From NCBI GenBank assembly GCA_002269645.1, contig NIVC01001029.1, positions 1 to 64,000 of the forward strand: 64,000 nt of DNA. Reading direction: 5' to 3'. Both the position numbers and the translations under genes were made by a program. The notes below the pieces were generated by a model. The model was not told the DNA's origin and did no database searches. It saw only the letters and a list, made by a program, of their open reading frames with translations. Within the stretch, counting starts at the first letter, position 1. Each line of letters opens with the position of its first letter. This stretch comes from Macrostomum lignano (taxonomy: Eukaryota). Below are positions 1 to 13,000 of the stretch, one piece after another.

Positions 1-1008
1 CACAACAGCTACCTACCAGAGCACACAACAGCTCTACCAGAGACCCAACAGCTGCCTACCAGAGCAGCAAACCTACCTACCAGAGCACCAACAGCTACTA
101 CCAGAGCACTCAACAGCTGCTACCAGAGCACTCAACAGCTGCCTACCAGAGCAGCCAAAGCTGCCTACCAGAACACCCAATAGCTGCCTACCAGAGCAGC
201 ACAACAGCTACCTACCAGAGCACACAACAGCTGCCTACCAGAGCACACAACAGCTGCCTACCAGAGCAGCCAACAGCTGCCTACCAGAACACCAACAGCT
301 GCCTACCAGAGCCAGCCAACAGCTGCTACCAGAGCAGCCAACAGCTACCTACCAGAGCACTCAACAGCTACCTACCAGAGCACCCAACAGCTGCCTACCA
401 GAACACACAACAGCTACCTACCAGAGCACAACAACAGCTACCTACCAGAACACACAACAGCTACCTACCAGAACACTCAACAGCTACCTACCAGAGCACC
501 ACAACAGCTGCCTACCAGAACACACAACAGCTACCTACCAGAGCACCAACAGCTGCCTACAAACACACAACAGCCCTACCAGAGCAGCAACAGCTGGTAC
601 CAGAGCAGCCAACAGCTACCTACCAGAGCAGCCAACAGCTGCCTACCAGAACACACAACAGCTGCCTACCAGAGCAGCCAACAGCTGCCTACCAGAGCAG
701 CCAACAGCTGCCTACCAGAGCACACAACAGCTACCTACCAGAACACACAACAGCTACCTACCAGAGCAGCCAACAGCTACCTACCAGAGCAGCCAACAGC
801 TACCTACCAGAGCAGCCAACAGCTGCCTACCAGAACACACAACAGCTGCCTACCAGAGCAGCCAACAGCTGCCTACCAGAGCAGCCAACAGCTGCCTACC
901 AGAGCACACAACAGCTACCTACCAGAACACACAACAGCTACCTACCAGAGCAGCCAACAGCTACCTACCAGAGCAGCCAACAGCTACCTACCAGAGCAGC
1001 CAACAGCT
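1..1008. repeat. 23-bp minisatellite
   Basis: CAACAGCT[A/G]CCTACCAGAGCAGC. Confidence 0.95.
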
Positions 1009-1054
1009 GGTACCTATCTAGAATAAAGCACACAAAACGAGTCCAGCAGCTTAC

Positions 1055-1083
1055 CTCAGTTTTCAGCCTGAGGCGGCCGTTGC
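1055..1083 (-). CDS. RP1-like exon 16 (29 nt)
   Basis: TTTCAG|GC...GAG|GTAAGC; NGRLRLKTE. Confidence 0.6.
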
Positions 1084-4000
1084 CTGAAACAAGTTGTGGT
1101 CAGGGAGGAAAATTCGAATATTATTTAAGCTTATGAACTGGTCAAATTGCTGTTAGTAGAAATGGTGAGACTACATTAAAAACTAATTCAAGATGAGTCT
1201 AATTCGAGCTATTTTACTCAGTCTTCAGGTAAGACAACAATAAGCATAATTTAAAAGATTACGGAAAGGTTTAACATAAATGTCCTCGTGCAGTTTGTGC
1301 AAAATTTGTGTCAAAACTTGTACTAAAATGGAGAGCACAGTTTAGGTTAGGGTTTAGGATTAGGGTTTAGGTTAGGTTTAGGTTTGTCAGTCAGACTGTG
1401 ATAGACCCGCTAATATTAGTGCGTTGTCAAAATGATAATCATCTTACTGCTTCTACTGTTAGTAACCACATGCAGATTTTATTGTAGTTTTTTCAACGTT
1501 TAGATTTTTCAGTAGTTTATGCACAATGTACTTTAATTTGAATTCTAATTGTTAAAACAACACGCTGGAACTTTGTGACGATGAGGCATTAGTAACGCTT
1601 AGGAGGCTGGCCAATTCTACCTTCGGCATCGTGCAACTCCTGGACTCGTCTGGCCGCCTGCTCGGCGATGTCATCGATCAGTGCTTTGGCTGCAATCCGT
1701 AGGTTGATAGCGCTCTGCTTTATCGCGAGGATAATCTGCTAATCCAGCTGCTAAGCTACTGGAATCGTGGGATTATGTGACAGGTGAAGCAAGAGGAAGA
1801 GGCCTGCGTTCCAAATCAGTCCAAATCATAAAGAATTTCGGCATGCAGCTAAGCACAGCTTCTAACACTGTCTAAAGAATTGGATAGCGAGCTGCATCAT
1901 TCAAAAACCAAACTTTTTAGGTTGACCCGCAAAATCTTACTTTGAATTTGAAGAGACTCAAATCCAGCGTCCATCGTAAATCACATTCCTGCACCCTACC
2001 CAGTCTAGTAATAATCTATAGCACCCCACATCACTCCTGCCGCACAATAATCTATAGCAACCACCTCACTCCTGCCCGCACAATAATCTATAGCACCCAC
2101 TCACTCCTGCCCGCACAATAATCTATAGCACCCACCTCACTCCTGCCGCTCAATAATCTATAGCACCCACCTCACTCCTGCCCGCACAATAAACTAAAAG
2201 CACCCACCTCACTCCTGCCCGCACAATAATCTATAGCACCCACCTCACTCCTGCCCACACAATAATCTAAAAGCACCCACCTCACTCCTGCCCGCACAAT
2301 AATCTATAGCACCCACCTCACTCCTGCCCACACAATAATCTAAAAGCACCCACCTCACTCCTGACTGCACAATAATCTATAGCATCCACCTCAGTTCTCT
2401 CTAATATCCATCTAATTACTACCCCATCTAGTGACCAACTTTCTCCCATGTCTAAGAAGCAGTTCAACTGTTTAAAAAATATCCAGGACTTTTCACTCAT
2501 AGGGAGGGGTAGCTACCGCCGAAGTTTAATAACTATTCAATGAATGGGCGATGTTCAAGCGTATTTAAGTATTTTTAAGAACACGACAATTCCAAAATAG
2601 AAAGGAAACGTGAGACTGAGTGCATTTCAAATTGAATTTCAGCAAGCTACTTTAAGACACCACGTGAGCTAATAGATGTGTGCAGAAGTGACAGGACAAA
2701 CCTTTGGCCTCTGCAATGAATAATTTTGATGGGTTGCATGATTTAGCACGATAACATGTATTATTTATAGATTGATCTGACATTTTAGCACTACAACTAT
2801 ACCTTGTACAGAACCGCAAATATGAGTCTGAACTACCTGGTTAAATAGCTGCATAGCGTGTTAGAATCACTAACTAATTTTAATTTTTTTACATATCCAC
2901 TTCACTCCACACTTTCGTCACTCCACAACCACGTCACTCCACACCCATCCACACCACGTCACTCCACACCCGCGTCACTCCACACTCAGGTCACTCCACA
3001 CCCAATTCACTCCACACCCGCGTCACTCCACACCCGTGTCACTCTACAAGCAGGTAAATCCACACCCACGTCACTCCACACCCGTGTCACTCCACAAGCA
3101 GGTAAATCCACACCCACGTCACTCCACACCTGCGTCACTCCACAAGCAGGTAAATCCACACCCACGTCACTCCACACCTGCGTCACTCCACAAGCAGGTA
3201 AATCCCCACCCACGTCACTACACACCCACGTCACTCCACACCCACGTCACTCCACAAGCAGGTAAGTCCACACCCACGTGACTCCTCGAACACTTTACTT
3301 TAGACCCATATTATTCAAGGGGGGGCCGTAGCCCAGCGGTAGCGCAGCTGCTCTGGTGTGCCGCGACCCAGGCTCGATTCCAAGTGCAGCCACATTAATT
3401 TGGGGCTGGATTGGAATCTTGGCTTGGCTCGCTTGTGCAATTAACGGCCTTGAGAGCCAACCCCCCCCCCAAGGCGCAGTGAAGTGTACATGCCTAACAA
3501 TAAATAAAGTTAGGGCCGCTGTACACTCCTGTGTGAGTGTGTGCCTGCGTAACGTATCCGCGCGCTTGTATGCCTGCTCAGGGGAATCGGCGGAATGGGC
3601 AGTAATGCCTCTCGCCGGTTGTGTGCCTATGTCGCTTAAATTGCGCCAGGGTGCACACAACCCCCCTGCCTCTAAAAAAAAAAAGACCCATATTATTCAA
3701 TAAATCTGTACATAACGAATCTTTAAAATGCAAGCATTAGAGGCAGGTAAATTATATGTTATTTTCATGTATGCAGCTAGCTCTATGCGCATACGGTATT
3801 CGGGCAGTAGTAGCAGCAGATTATTAGCTTTTAATTCTAAGAGTGACTGTTAATGTTGCTATTGCATTGTTCCATCACCCCGGTTACCATAGGCATCGAG
3901 CAAGTCTCGGAAAGTTCGTGTCGATGATTGGTTAATCAGCAGCTGCTGATCTGAAGTTCATCAAATTTTTGTAACTATGCAATTAAATTTTCTGTCGATT

Positions 4001-7000
4001 TCAGAGACTCTTGTCACTTTCAAGGCCATCAAATTGTTCTGAAGCTTTTCACTCTATGCATTTCTATGCTGTTAACAGAAAATAACCTCAACGTACCGTC
4101 TTCCTCGTATTGCTTGTTGTCTTCATCCTCCGTCAGGTTTTCTGCAACATGGTTTCGGGGAAAAGTACACATCAGTTTGTGTCAACTGACGACGCCGGCT
4201 ACAGGACAGAACGAGACAAGCAAAATGAAACGGCAAGCGCAGAAGCTTCTGACAAACAAATATAAACAAAGTTTAAATGGATCTACATCTTTTCATTAAT
4301 TACATTCGTTCATTCTTGATGAAGAATAATTAGTTTTTTGCAAAACTGTACTTCTGATTTGAATGTTTGCGTATTTTCCTGCGTAATATTCAACTATTTT
4401 TACTGAAAGTAGAGTAGCAAGAAAATTCCAGTCGGTCTGTCAGATTTTCGAGACAGCAATTTTTGACAGCTATTTTATGAACTGAGGCTGACTGAGAGAT
4501 AAGAGAGAAACTAGAGAAAAGTTGAGACAGTAATAGAAAGTACGAGTAAGACAAAGGAGAATTTGTTGTTTTTTATGAACCAAAGCATAAGTAATGGCAT
4601 TTTAACACCTAAGAATTCAACTACTCAGTCGAATTGTACATGCATATTTTACGTAAGTTCTTTGTTACGCACAGAATTTATATGTACATCACACATAATC
4701 AACAGGTAAAACACAGGAGTGTACATTTCATGCCAATGTCTAATGTGCATGGCTAAAGCTTAGTATGCGTTCATCACTGAGCTTATTAGGAAGCTTGACT
4801 AGCTCTGGCTAGGAGGCGTTTCTATTTTTAGCTCAAATGTACATGGGCTGCATGGGGCACGAACAGCTCTCTAGGGGGAGCTGGTGTACATTTACAGATC
4901 AGAGTTGCGCAACCTGACACTGAGTGCGCAGCTGTCGTGCTGGGAATGCTATAAATAATCTAATGAGCCTCAGCTCCGTTAGGAAGCTAGCGGGGCCAGG
5001 CAAGGACAAGCGGCCGAGCTCTTCTCCCGCAGGTGTTCACCTGGCAGTTCATTCTGCAATTCCAGCACGGCTGCTGACACCGCCTCAACCACCAGTCTTG
5101 AGGTGGCCTGAGAGACGTCTGCGAAGAGGAAAAAAGTGAACAGGGAATTCGTGGCTTGAGGCTTCATCAAGGGAGCCTAATCCCCATGATTCCAAGGCTG
5201 CACTCAAGAGTGAGAACATTTTAATTAAACCGATATCCGAAAGCATGCATCCGCTAGTGAAGGATGCAACTATCGAAAGCTTGAGTTGGCTGAGCTTCCG
5301 TGCTAAGTTGATTGAGGTAGTAAAAAGATTAAGCATGTCACATAATTAATAGGTTAATTGACTTTTTACTTCTCGTACTCTTTAAATGGATGGCGGCTGT
5401 TGCTGTAAATCATCGCAATGAGATGCAGGTGGAACACATTCTTTAGAAACGTCTTTGGAAACATATTCTTTGCGACAAAAGAACTGCGATCAAAGACAGG
5501 GGCTTGGCCAATCAACTACAGGGCTAGAGGGTTGGCAGCCCCAAGCACAGCTCCCAAATACAGGGCTAGAGGGCTGGCAGCCCCAAACACAGCTCCCAAA
5601 TACAGGGCTAGAAGGCTGGCAGCCCCAAGCACAGCTCCCAAATACAGGGCTAGAGGGCTGGCAGCCCCAAACACAGCTCCCAAATACAGGGCTAGAGGGT
5701 TGGCAGCCCCAAGCACAGCTCCCAAATACAGGGCTAGAGGGTTGGCAGCCCCAAACACAGCTCCCAAATACAGGGCTAGAGGGTTGGCAGCCCCAAGCAC
5801 AGCTCCCAAATACAGGGCTAGAGGGCTGGCAGCCCCAAACACAGCTCCCAAATACAGGGCTAGAAGGCTGGCAGCCCCAAGCACAGCTCCCAAATACAGG
5901 GCTAGAGGGTTGGCAGCCCCAAACACAGCTCCCAAATACAGGGCTAGAGGGTTGGCAGCCCCAAGCACAGCTCCCAAATACAGGGCTAGAGGGTTGGCAG
6001 CCCCAAGCACAGCTCCCAAATACAGGGCTAGAGGGCTGGCAACCCCAAGCACAGCTCCCAAATACAGGGCTAGAGGGTTGGCAGCCCCAAGCACAGCTCC
6101 CAAATACAGGGCTAGAGGGTTGGCAGCCCCAAGCACAGCTCCCAAATACAGGGCTAGAGGGCTGGCAGCCCCAAGCACAGCTCCCAAATACAGGGCTAGA
6201 GGGCTGGCAGCCCCAAGCACAGCTCCCAAATACAGGGCTAGAGGGCTGGCAACCCCAAACACAGCTCCCAAATACAGGGCTAGAGGGTTGGCAGCCCCAA
6301 GCACAGCTCCCAAATACAGGGCTAGAGGGCTGGCAGCCCCAGACGCTTTACTCTACGAATTTCACTAACATGAATGACGGGAACTGCTTGAAATATTTCT
6401 AGAGATATGCTTTGCTATCTTTGACAGTTAAGTTACTACCAGCAAAGAGAATGAATAACCAGTCACTCATGTAGTTTAAGCAGATATATTAAGATTTTAA
6501 AGCATTTTTCTACTGTCACTACTGGTACCAAGTAGTATGGAAAGCAAACAACACGCATCGTATATAAATATTAGTTCTAAATGAACAAGCCCAGGTCCCC
6601 TCTGAGTCCCCGAGTTCGCCCTATTCTAGCAAAATTACCCAGCTCTTTCTCTTCTGTATCAGCAAACTCTGCAACAGAAAGCAGACAGTGAGAGTGAAAA
6701 TCTGCAAGACCTTTTAGCTATAAATAGCTTTTGCAGAAGTGACGTCAGTTCCTGCACTCACCGTCCAATCGAAGCAGGCGCTCGGTTTTGCCGTCGCCAT
6801 GGCCGGGATCCAGCCAGCTGCCGCAGGCGAAAACCGCCTGCTGGCCGTTCGGCTGCGTCACCATCAGGCCGTCGCAGTGCCAGCCGGCGCCAGCGGTGGC
6901 CGCCTCGGCCGCTACGAGGCACTGCTTCAGCTGGCCCAGGTCCACCGCCGAGATGCTGAACTCGCCGATCTTCAATTGAAAGGAGGGAAAACATGTAATA

Positions 7001-10000
7001 TAAATTTTCCCACGAGGGCGACATCATGCCGCATGCCAATGGTGAGGCAATTCTGCGCATTCCGCTAACTCCTCGGCACATACAAGCGCGCTCACACAGG
7101 GTGTACAGCGGGCCTTAACTTTCTAATGGTCAGGCATGTACACTCTCTGTGCCTTGGGGGTTGAGAGTGTGGCTAACCAGGGGTCGTGGCACGGAAGCTA
7201 CTTTGCCATCCCGATTTCAAATGCTTATTGTATTCTGTGCTAAAAATAGCGATTAGTCTTTTAATAGATTCACCAATGATACAGTTTCCAAAACAGAATA
7301 TTAACGAATCAGTCTTCACTAGTGATTGGTTGCGTTCTAAAGTTAAATGTCAGAATTTTGAATGGATTCTCCTTTAGCCGTCGCTAAAAGTAGAAACACA
7401 TGGGGGTAGGTGTACAAGTGATACGTACAAATGACCCAGGATTGGTCACGTGACTGTCCATTCTAAAAATAGAAACAGAAACAAATAGGGCGGTGTACAA
7501 ATGATACGTGACCTGGGATTAGTCAAGTGACTGCCCAATTCTAAAAATAGAAAAATAACAAATGTACAATCAAAATGCTAAGCAAAAAAAGCGATTCATT
7601 TCTCCGTTATTTGCTCTCTCCCATGTCACCATCTCGGGCATCCAGTCACGATCACTCACATCTCCCGCCGCCATCGGGCCCAGCTCGTAGCAGGGCCGCC
7701 TGCCGGAGTCGCCCCGCTCGCCGATCAGGCAGACGGACACGGGGCCCTGGAACGGCTGGGCCTGCTCGGACCCGGTGGCCACCTGCACAGTGTAGCGGAG
7801 CACCTCCAGTCCTGAGTCTGGAGTCGGGAACTCAGCCGCGGTCTCCAGACCTTCGCCGAGACCCAGTCGGCACCGGCCGATCTGGAAGTCGATGTCGGTC
7901 TCCGGTCGGCTCAGCACCAGCTGGCTGATGGACCAGGTCGGCGGTTCGGCCATCTCCGGCCACGGCTTCAGCTCCAGACGCAGCTTGTACAGCGGCCCGG
8001 CGTCCTTCAGCTCGATCTTGAACTCGTCCTGCGTGGCAGCGCTGAAGGCACCGCCGCCGGCCGAGCCGAGCATGATTGGCCCGACAGACTTCTGTTCGCC
8101 GTAGGCTGTCAAGCTGACGTCGGCGCCGACGCACGGCTCCTCGGTGTCGATGCGCAACAGCCAATCGTGCGGCTCCTTCAGGCTGGCCCGGCTCGTGTCT
8201 GGCGGCTCCTCCTTCGGCTGCGGCGGCTCCTCTGGCTGCTTATTTGCTTGCTGCTTTTGCTTCTGCACTGGCTGTGGCTTCGACAGCACCGGCTGCGGTG
8301 GCGGAGGCTTCTTCTGCTGCTGCGGCTGCGGCTGCGGCGGCTGCGGCAGGCGGGACTTCGGCTTGCCAACTGAATGAACAGCGGGTGGTGGAGTTGCGGG
8401 AAGTGCAAGTCACGTGATTAGCGGGTGAAGTTGGTCAATGGAAGGAAGGGGTAGGGAAGAGAGAAACACATAGGCAGGGTCAGGGGCCGTTATGTAGAAA
8501 ACAATAGACTGCTCTGCGATATCCTTGTTGTTGCGCATGCTTGAGTGAGGCCAGCATATCTGAATTCTTCTGGTTGTGAGACACAATAGAATGCGAAATG
8601 AAAGCCGGAGAGTAGAGCTTAAATCATTCTCCGTCTTCCATACGCTGTCTGATCGTTTTATCTCAACCTCCCAGTCATTGGGTCCACTTCCTATACTGTA
8701 GCCGGGAAGTACAACCCAGCACTTCTCAGTTCCTGTCCTGGCCTATTGTGCCGGTCAATGGTAAAAATTCAGGTAAGAAACAAGAGCGAAATGCATTTTC
8801 GGTGAATAGGGTCGCAGATTTGAGGGTACTAGAATTATCTGTCTCACCTGATTATTTGGAATTTGTAACTGAAATTTGTATCTTTGCCCCTATTCTAATC
8901 CCCCCCCATTCACCAGTGAATCATCCACTTTCCCATTCACTGGTGAATCATCCGCTCCCTATTCACCAGTGAATCATCCGCTCCCTATTCACCAGTGAAT
9001 CATCCGCTCCCTATTCACCAGTGAATCATCCGCTCCCTATTCACCAGTGAATCATCCGCTCCCTATTCACCAGTGAATCATCCGCTCCCTATTCACTGGT
9101 GAATCATCCGCTCCCCCATTCACTCCCCATTCCTGCCAGACTTACACGTCACCACCTCAACAAAGAACCTGGCGGGAGTCGCCGTCCCGCTGTCCTCATT
9201 GTCGGCCACGGCCGCTCTGCCGTCCGGGGTCAGGCCCACAAAGCTGCCCGGCTGCCTGACGCTCTCCAGGGTAGCTGTGCCCTCCGCCTTCTGCCGGGCA
9301 ACCCGGAAGTAGCAGGCCACGTCGCCAGTTCCCTGAATGACGGTCGGGAAATAAAATGAATCAAAGCGGAGTAACCTTAGCTGGCAATCGAGGCGGACTG
9401 AAGAGGGCCAGCTCACCCTGCAGTCGATGACGCCGTCCTTTAGACGCAGAAACTGATCGGGGAACACGACGGACTCGAACAGCCGCACGCTTCCACCGCC
9501 GCCGCCGCTGCCATCGTCGTCTTCGTCGCCAGCCGTGTCGTCGGGGTCGTCTTCGCCAGTCGGGCGCCACACGCGGAACTGCGCCATGGGGCCGCGGCCG
9601 CCGGCGCCGTGCACGCTGTTGTCGTGGTCCAGCGACAGCGCCTGGGTGGCGGAGCAGCCCAGCATCACGACGCCACCGTCGCGCAGGGCGCCTCGGCAGT
9701 GCGGCGCCAGCAGCCGCGCCGGCCCGTCTGACGGGGCGCCCTTCCACTGGCGCGGATCAACGGGGTGACCGTCGGCGGCGAAGCCGACGAACAGCAGCGG
9801 GGCGCGCGCCGCCTCCAGGGACACCGCGGCCAGGGACGGCGGGTGGGCGCGGACTCGAAATTCGGTCTGGGGACTCGGCTTGGCCTGCGGAGCGCAGGGG
9901 AAGGAGCTGATCGGGATTCCGCTGGCTACCCTGGCATCCCCAACTGTCTACCCTGGCATCCCCAACTGTCTACCCTGGCATCCCCAACTGTCTACTCTGA

Positions 10001-13000
10001 CATCCCCAACTGTCTACCCTGGCATCCCCAACTGTCTACCCTGGCATCCCCAACTGTCTACCCTGGCATCCCCAACTGTCTATAATTTCAGGGTTCTGAG
10101 ATAAAGCCTATATACCAATTTCCTATCTAAGGGCTTCCCAAATATGGAAGCATGGAACTTGAGTGCAACGTTAAATGCCAAGCGGAAGGCTTTGCTTAAT
10201 CCCATGGGAGATTAGCGACAAGCTCAGAAGCTAATCCCTCACGCTGCCGGGAACGGATGCAGAAACTTTTCGAACTGCAGAACTGGCATCGCTAATCTGC
10301 ACCGAATGCTCGGATGGTCAGGAAAGTATTGAGGCTGTTCAGGTACATTTCTGTCTGAGCAGTGGGCAAATCTCAGTGTTCTCATCCTTAGTTTTTCTCC
10401 CCTGCACGACCGGCAGCTTACAGGAATTCGAGCTCCAGCCACGGCTCGGATATTGATGAGGTGAAAGGGACTGAAAGATGGAAGGGGATAATGACGCTGC
10501 GGCAGGATTGCTCCCCTTGTCAGCTCTCTCCTCTTCTCCCTGCCTCTTCTCAACTCAGTCGGACACAGCAGATCGCTCAGTCTGGGGAGGGCGCCACAGG
10601 ATTGAGAACTGCTCTCTGCCGAGTACATTCGAGTAGAGCTCAGTGTAAGCAGTCCTGATTGGCAGTTCGTAATTGCTTTGAGCAGGTGCTTCTGTGCTCA
10701 ATCGTTTGTGACGTAAAAATTGAGCAAGACAGGAGCATCGCGCCCGGTCGGCTCGTGAGGAATTCTCACTGCGCGTTTGAAAACTCGCCTGACACCGCGT
10801 CTATTTGTGGTGTACTTTTCAATCATTAAGGCTTTAATTAGTCAATAAAACATATTGAGTTTCCAATTAGAGCTCTCTAGGCGACTTAATTACAGCTCTG
10901 GGCTTCGGGATGTTAAGATTTTGCCGGGAGTTTCTTTGTTTTCGCGCACGGATGCTGCATTGAGTGGCTCCTTCATCGCGAAAACAGCTTTAGACAGTTG
11001 CAAGTTGTCAATTTTGCAGCCTCAAAGCTACGATGGTCAGGCGCTGAGAAAGTGTACACAGCCAATGTCTCACCTGGCCAACAATTTGTCCACCGTCGAT
11101 GGCGAGGTAGCTGCGCTGGCCTGAGCCAGTGTCCGCTCGGAGGGTCCGCAGCGAGTCTTTCTTGCCGCCGACTGTGAAGAATGCTGCGGTGGTGGGTAGG
11201 CCAATTGATAATGTGTCTCTGCCAATTGATAATGTGTCTCAGCCTATTAATAATGTGTCTCTGCCAATTGATAGTGTGTCTCTGCCAATTGATAATGTGT
11301 CTCTGCCAATTGATAATGTGTCTCAGCCAATTGATAATGTGTCTCAGCCAATTGATAATGTGTCTCAGCCAATTGATAATGTGTCTCTGCCAATTGATAA
11401 TGTGTCTCAGCCAATTGATAATGTGTCTCTGCCAATTGATAATGTGTCTCAGCCAATTGATAATGTGTCTCAGCCAATTGATAATGTGTCTCAGCCAATT
11501 GATAATGTGTCTCTGCCAATTGATAATGTGTCTCAGCCAATTGATAATGTGTCTCAGCCAATTGATAATGTGTCTCAGCCAATTGATAATGTGTCTCAGC
11601 CAATTGATAATGTGTCTCAGCCAATTGATAATGTGTCTCTGCCAATTGATAATGTGTCTCAGCCAATTGATAATGTGTCTCTGCCAATTGATAATGTGTC
11701 TCAGCCAATTGATAATGTGTCTCAGCCAATTGATAATGTGTCTCAGCCAATTGATAATGTGTCTCTGCCAATTGATAATGTGTCTCAGCCAATTGATAAT
11801 GTGTCTCTGCCAATTGATAATGTGTCTCAGCCAATTGATAATGTGTCTCAGCCAATTGATAATGTGTCTCAGCCAATTGATAATGCGTCTCAGCCAATTG
11901 ATAATGTGTCTCAGCCAATTGATAATGTGTCTCAGCCAATTGATAATGTGTCTCAGCCAATTGATAATGTGTCTCAGCCAATTGATAATGTGTCTCTGCC
12001 AATTGATAATGTGTCTCAGCCAATTGATAATGTGTCTCAGCCAATTGATAATGTGTCTCAGCCAATTGATAATGTGTCTCAGCCAATTGATAATGTGTCT
12101 CTGCCAATTGATAATGTGTCTCAGCCAATTGATAATGTGTCTCTGCCAATTGATAATGTGTCTCAGCCAATTGATAATGTGTCTCTGCCAATTGATAATG
12201 TGTCTCTGCCAATTGATAATGTGTCTCAGCCAATTGATAATGTGTCTCAGCCAATTGATAATGTGTCTCAGCCAATTGATAATGCGTCTCAGCCAATTGA
12301 TAATGTGTCTCAGCCAATTGATAATGTGTCTCAGCCAATTGATAATGTGTCTCAGCCAATTGATAATGTGTCTCAGCCAATTGATAATGTGTCTCTGCCA
12401 ATTGATAATGTGTCTCAGCCAATTGATAATGTGTCTCAGCCAATTGATAATGTGTCTCAGCCAATTGATAATGTGTCTCTGCCAATTGATAATGTGTCTC
12501 AGCCAATTGATAATGTGTCTCAGCCAATTGATAATGTGTCTCAGCCAATTGATAATGTGTCTCTGCCAATTGATAATGTGTCTCAGCCAATTGATAATGT
12601 GTCTCAGCCAATTGATAATGTGTCTCTGCCAATTGATAATGTGTCTCAGCCAATTGATAATGTGTCTCTGCCAATTGATAATGTGTCTCAGCCAATTGAT
12701 AATGTGTCTCTGCCAATTGATAATGTGTCTCAGCCAATTGATAATGTGTCTCAGCCAATTGATAATGTGTCTCAGCCAATTGATAATGTGTCTCTGCCAA
12801 TTGATAATGTGTCTCAGCCAATTGATAATGTGTCTCTGCCAATTGATAATGTGTCTCAGCCAATTGATAATGTGTCTCTGCCAATTGATAATGTGTCTCT
12901 GCCAATTGATAATGTGTCTCTGCCAATTGATAATGTGTCTCAGCCAATTGATAATGTGTCTCAGCCAATTGATAATGTGTCTCAGCCAATTGATAATGTG

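Noticed and set aside
1-600. Apparently faster-diverging repeat units at the window start
   Set aside because: Scattered single-base indels look like low-coverage long-read consensus error rather than biology.
3319-3395. tRNA-like sequence
   Set aside because: It is the head of a SINE (followed by body, poly-A and TSD), not a tRNA gene.
5418-6402. About 315-aa ORFs in three frames resembling a repetitive structural protein
   Set aside because: A 42-bp intronic array lacking stops by chance; no splice-compatible boundaries.
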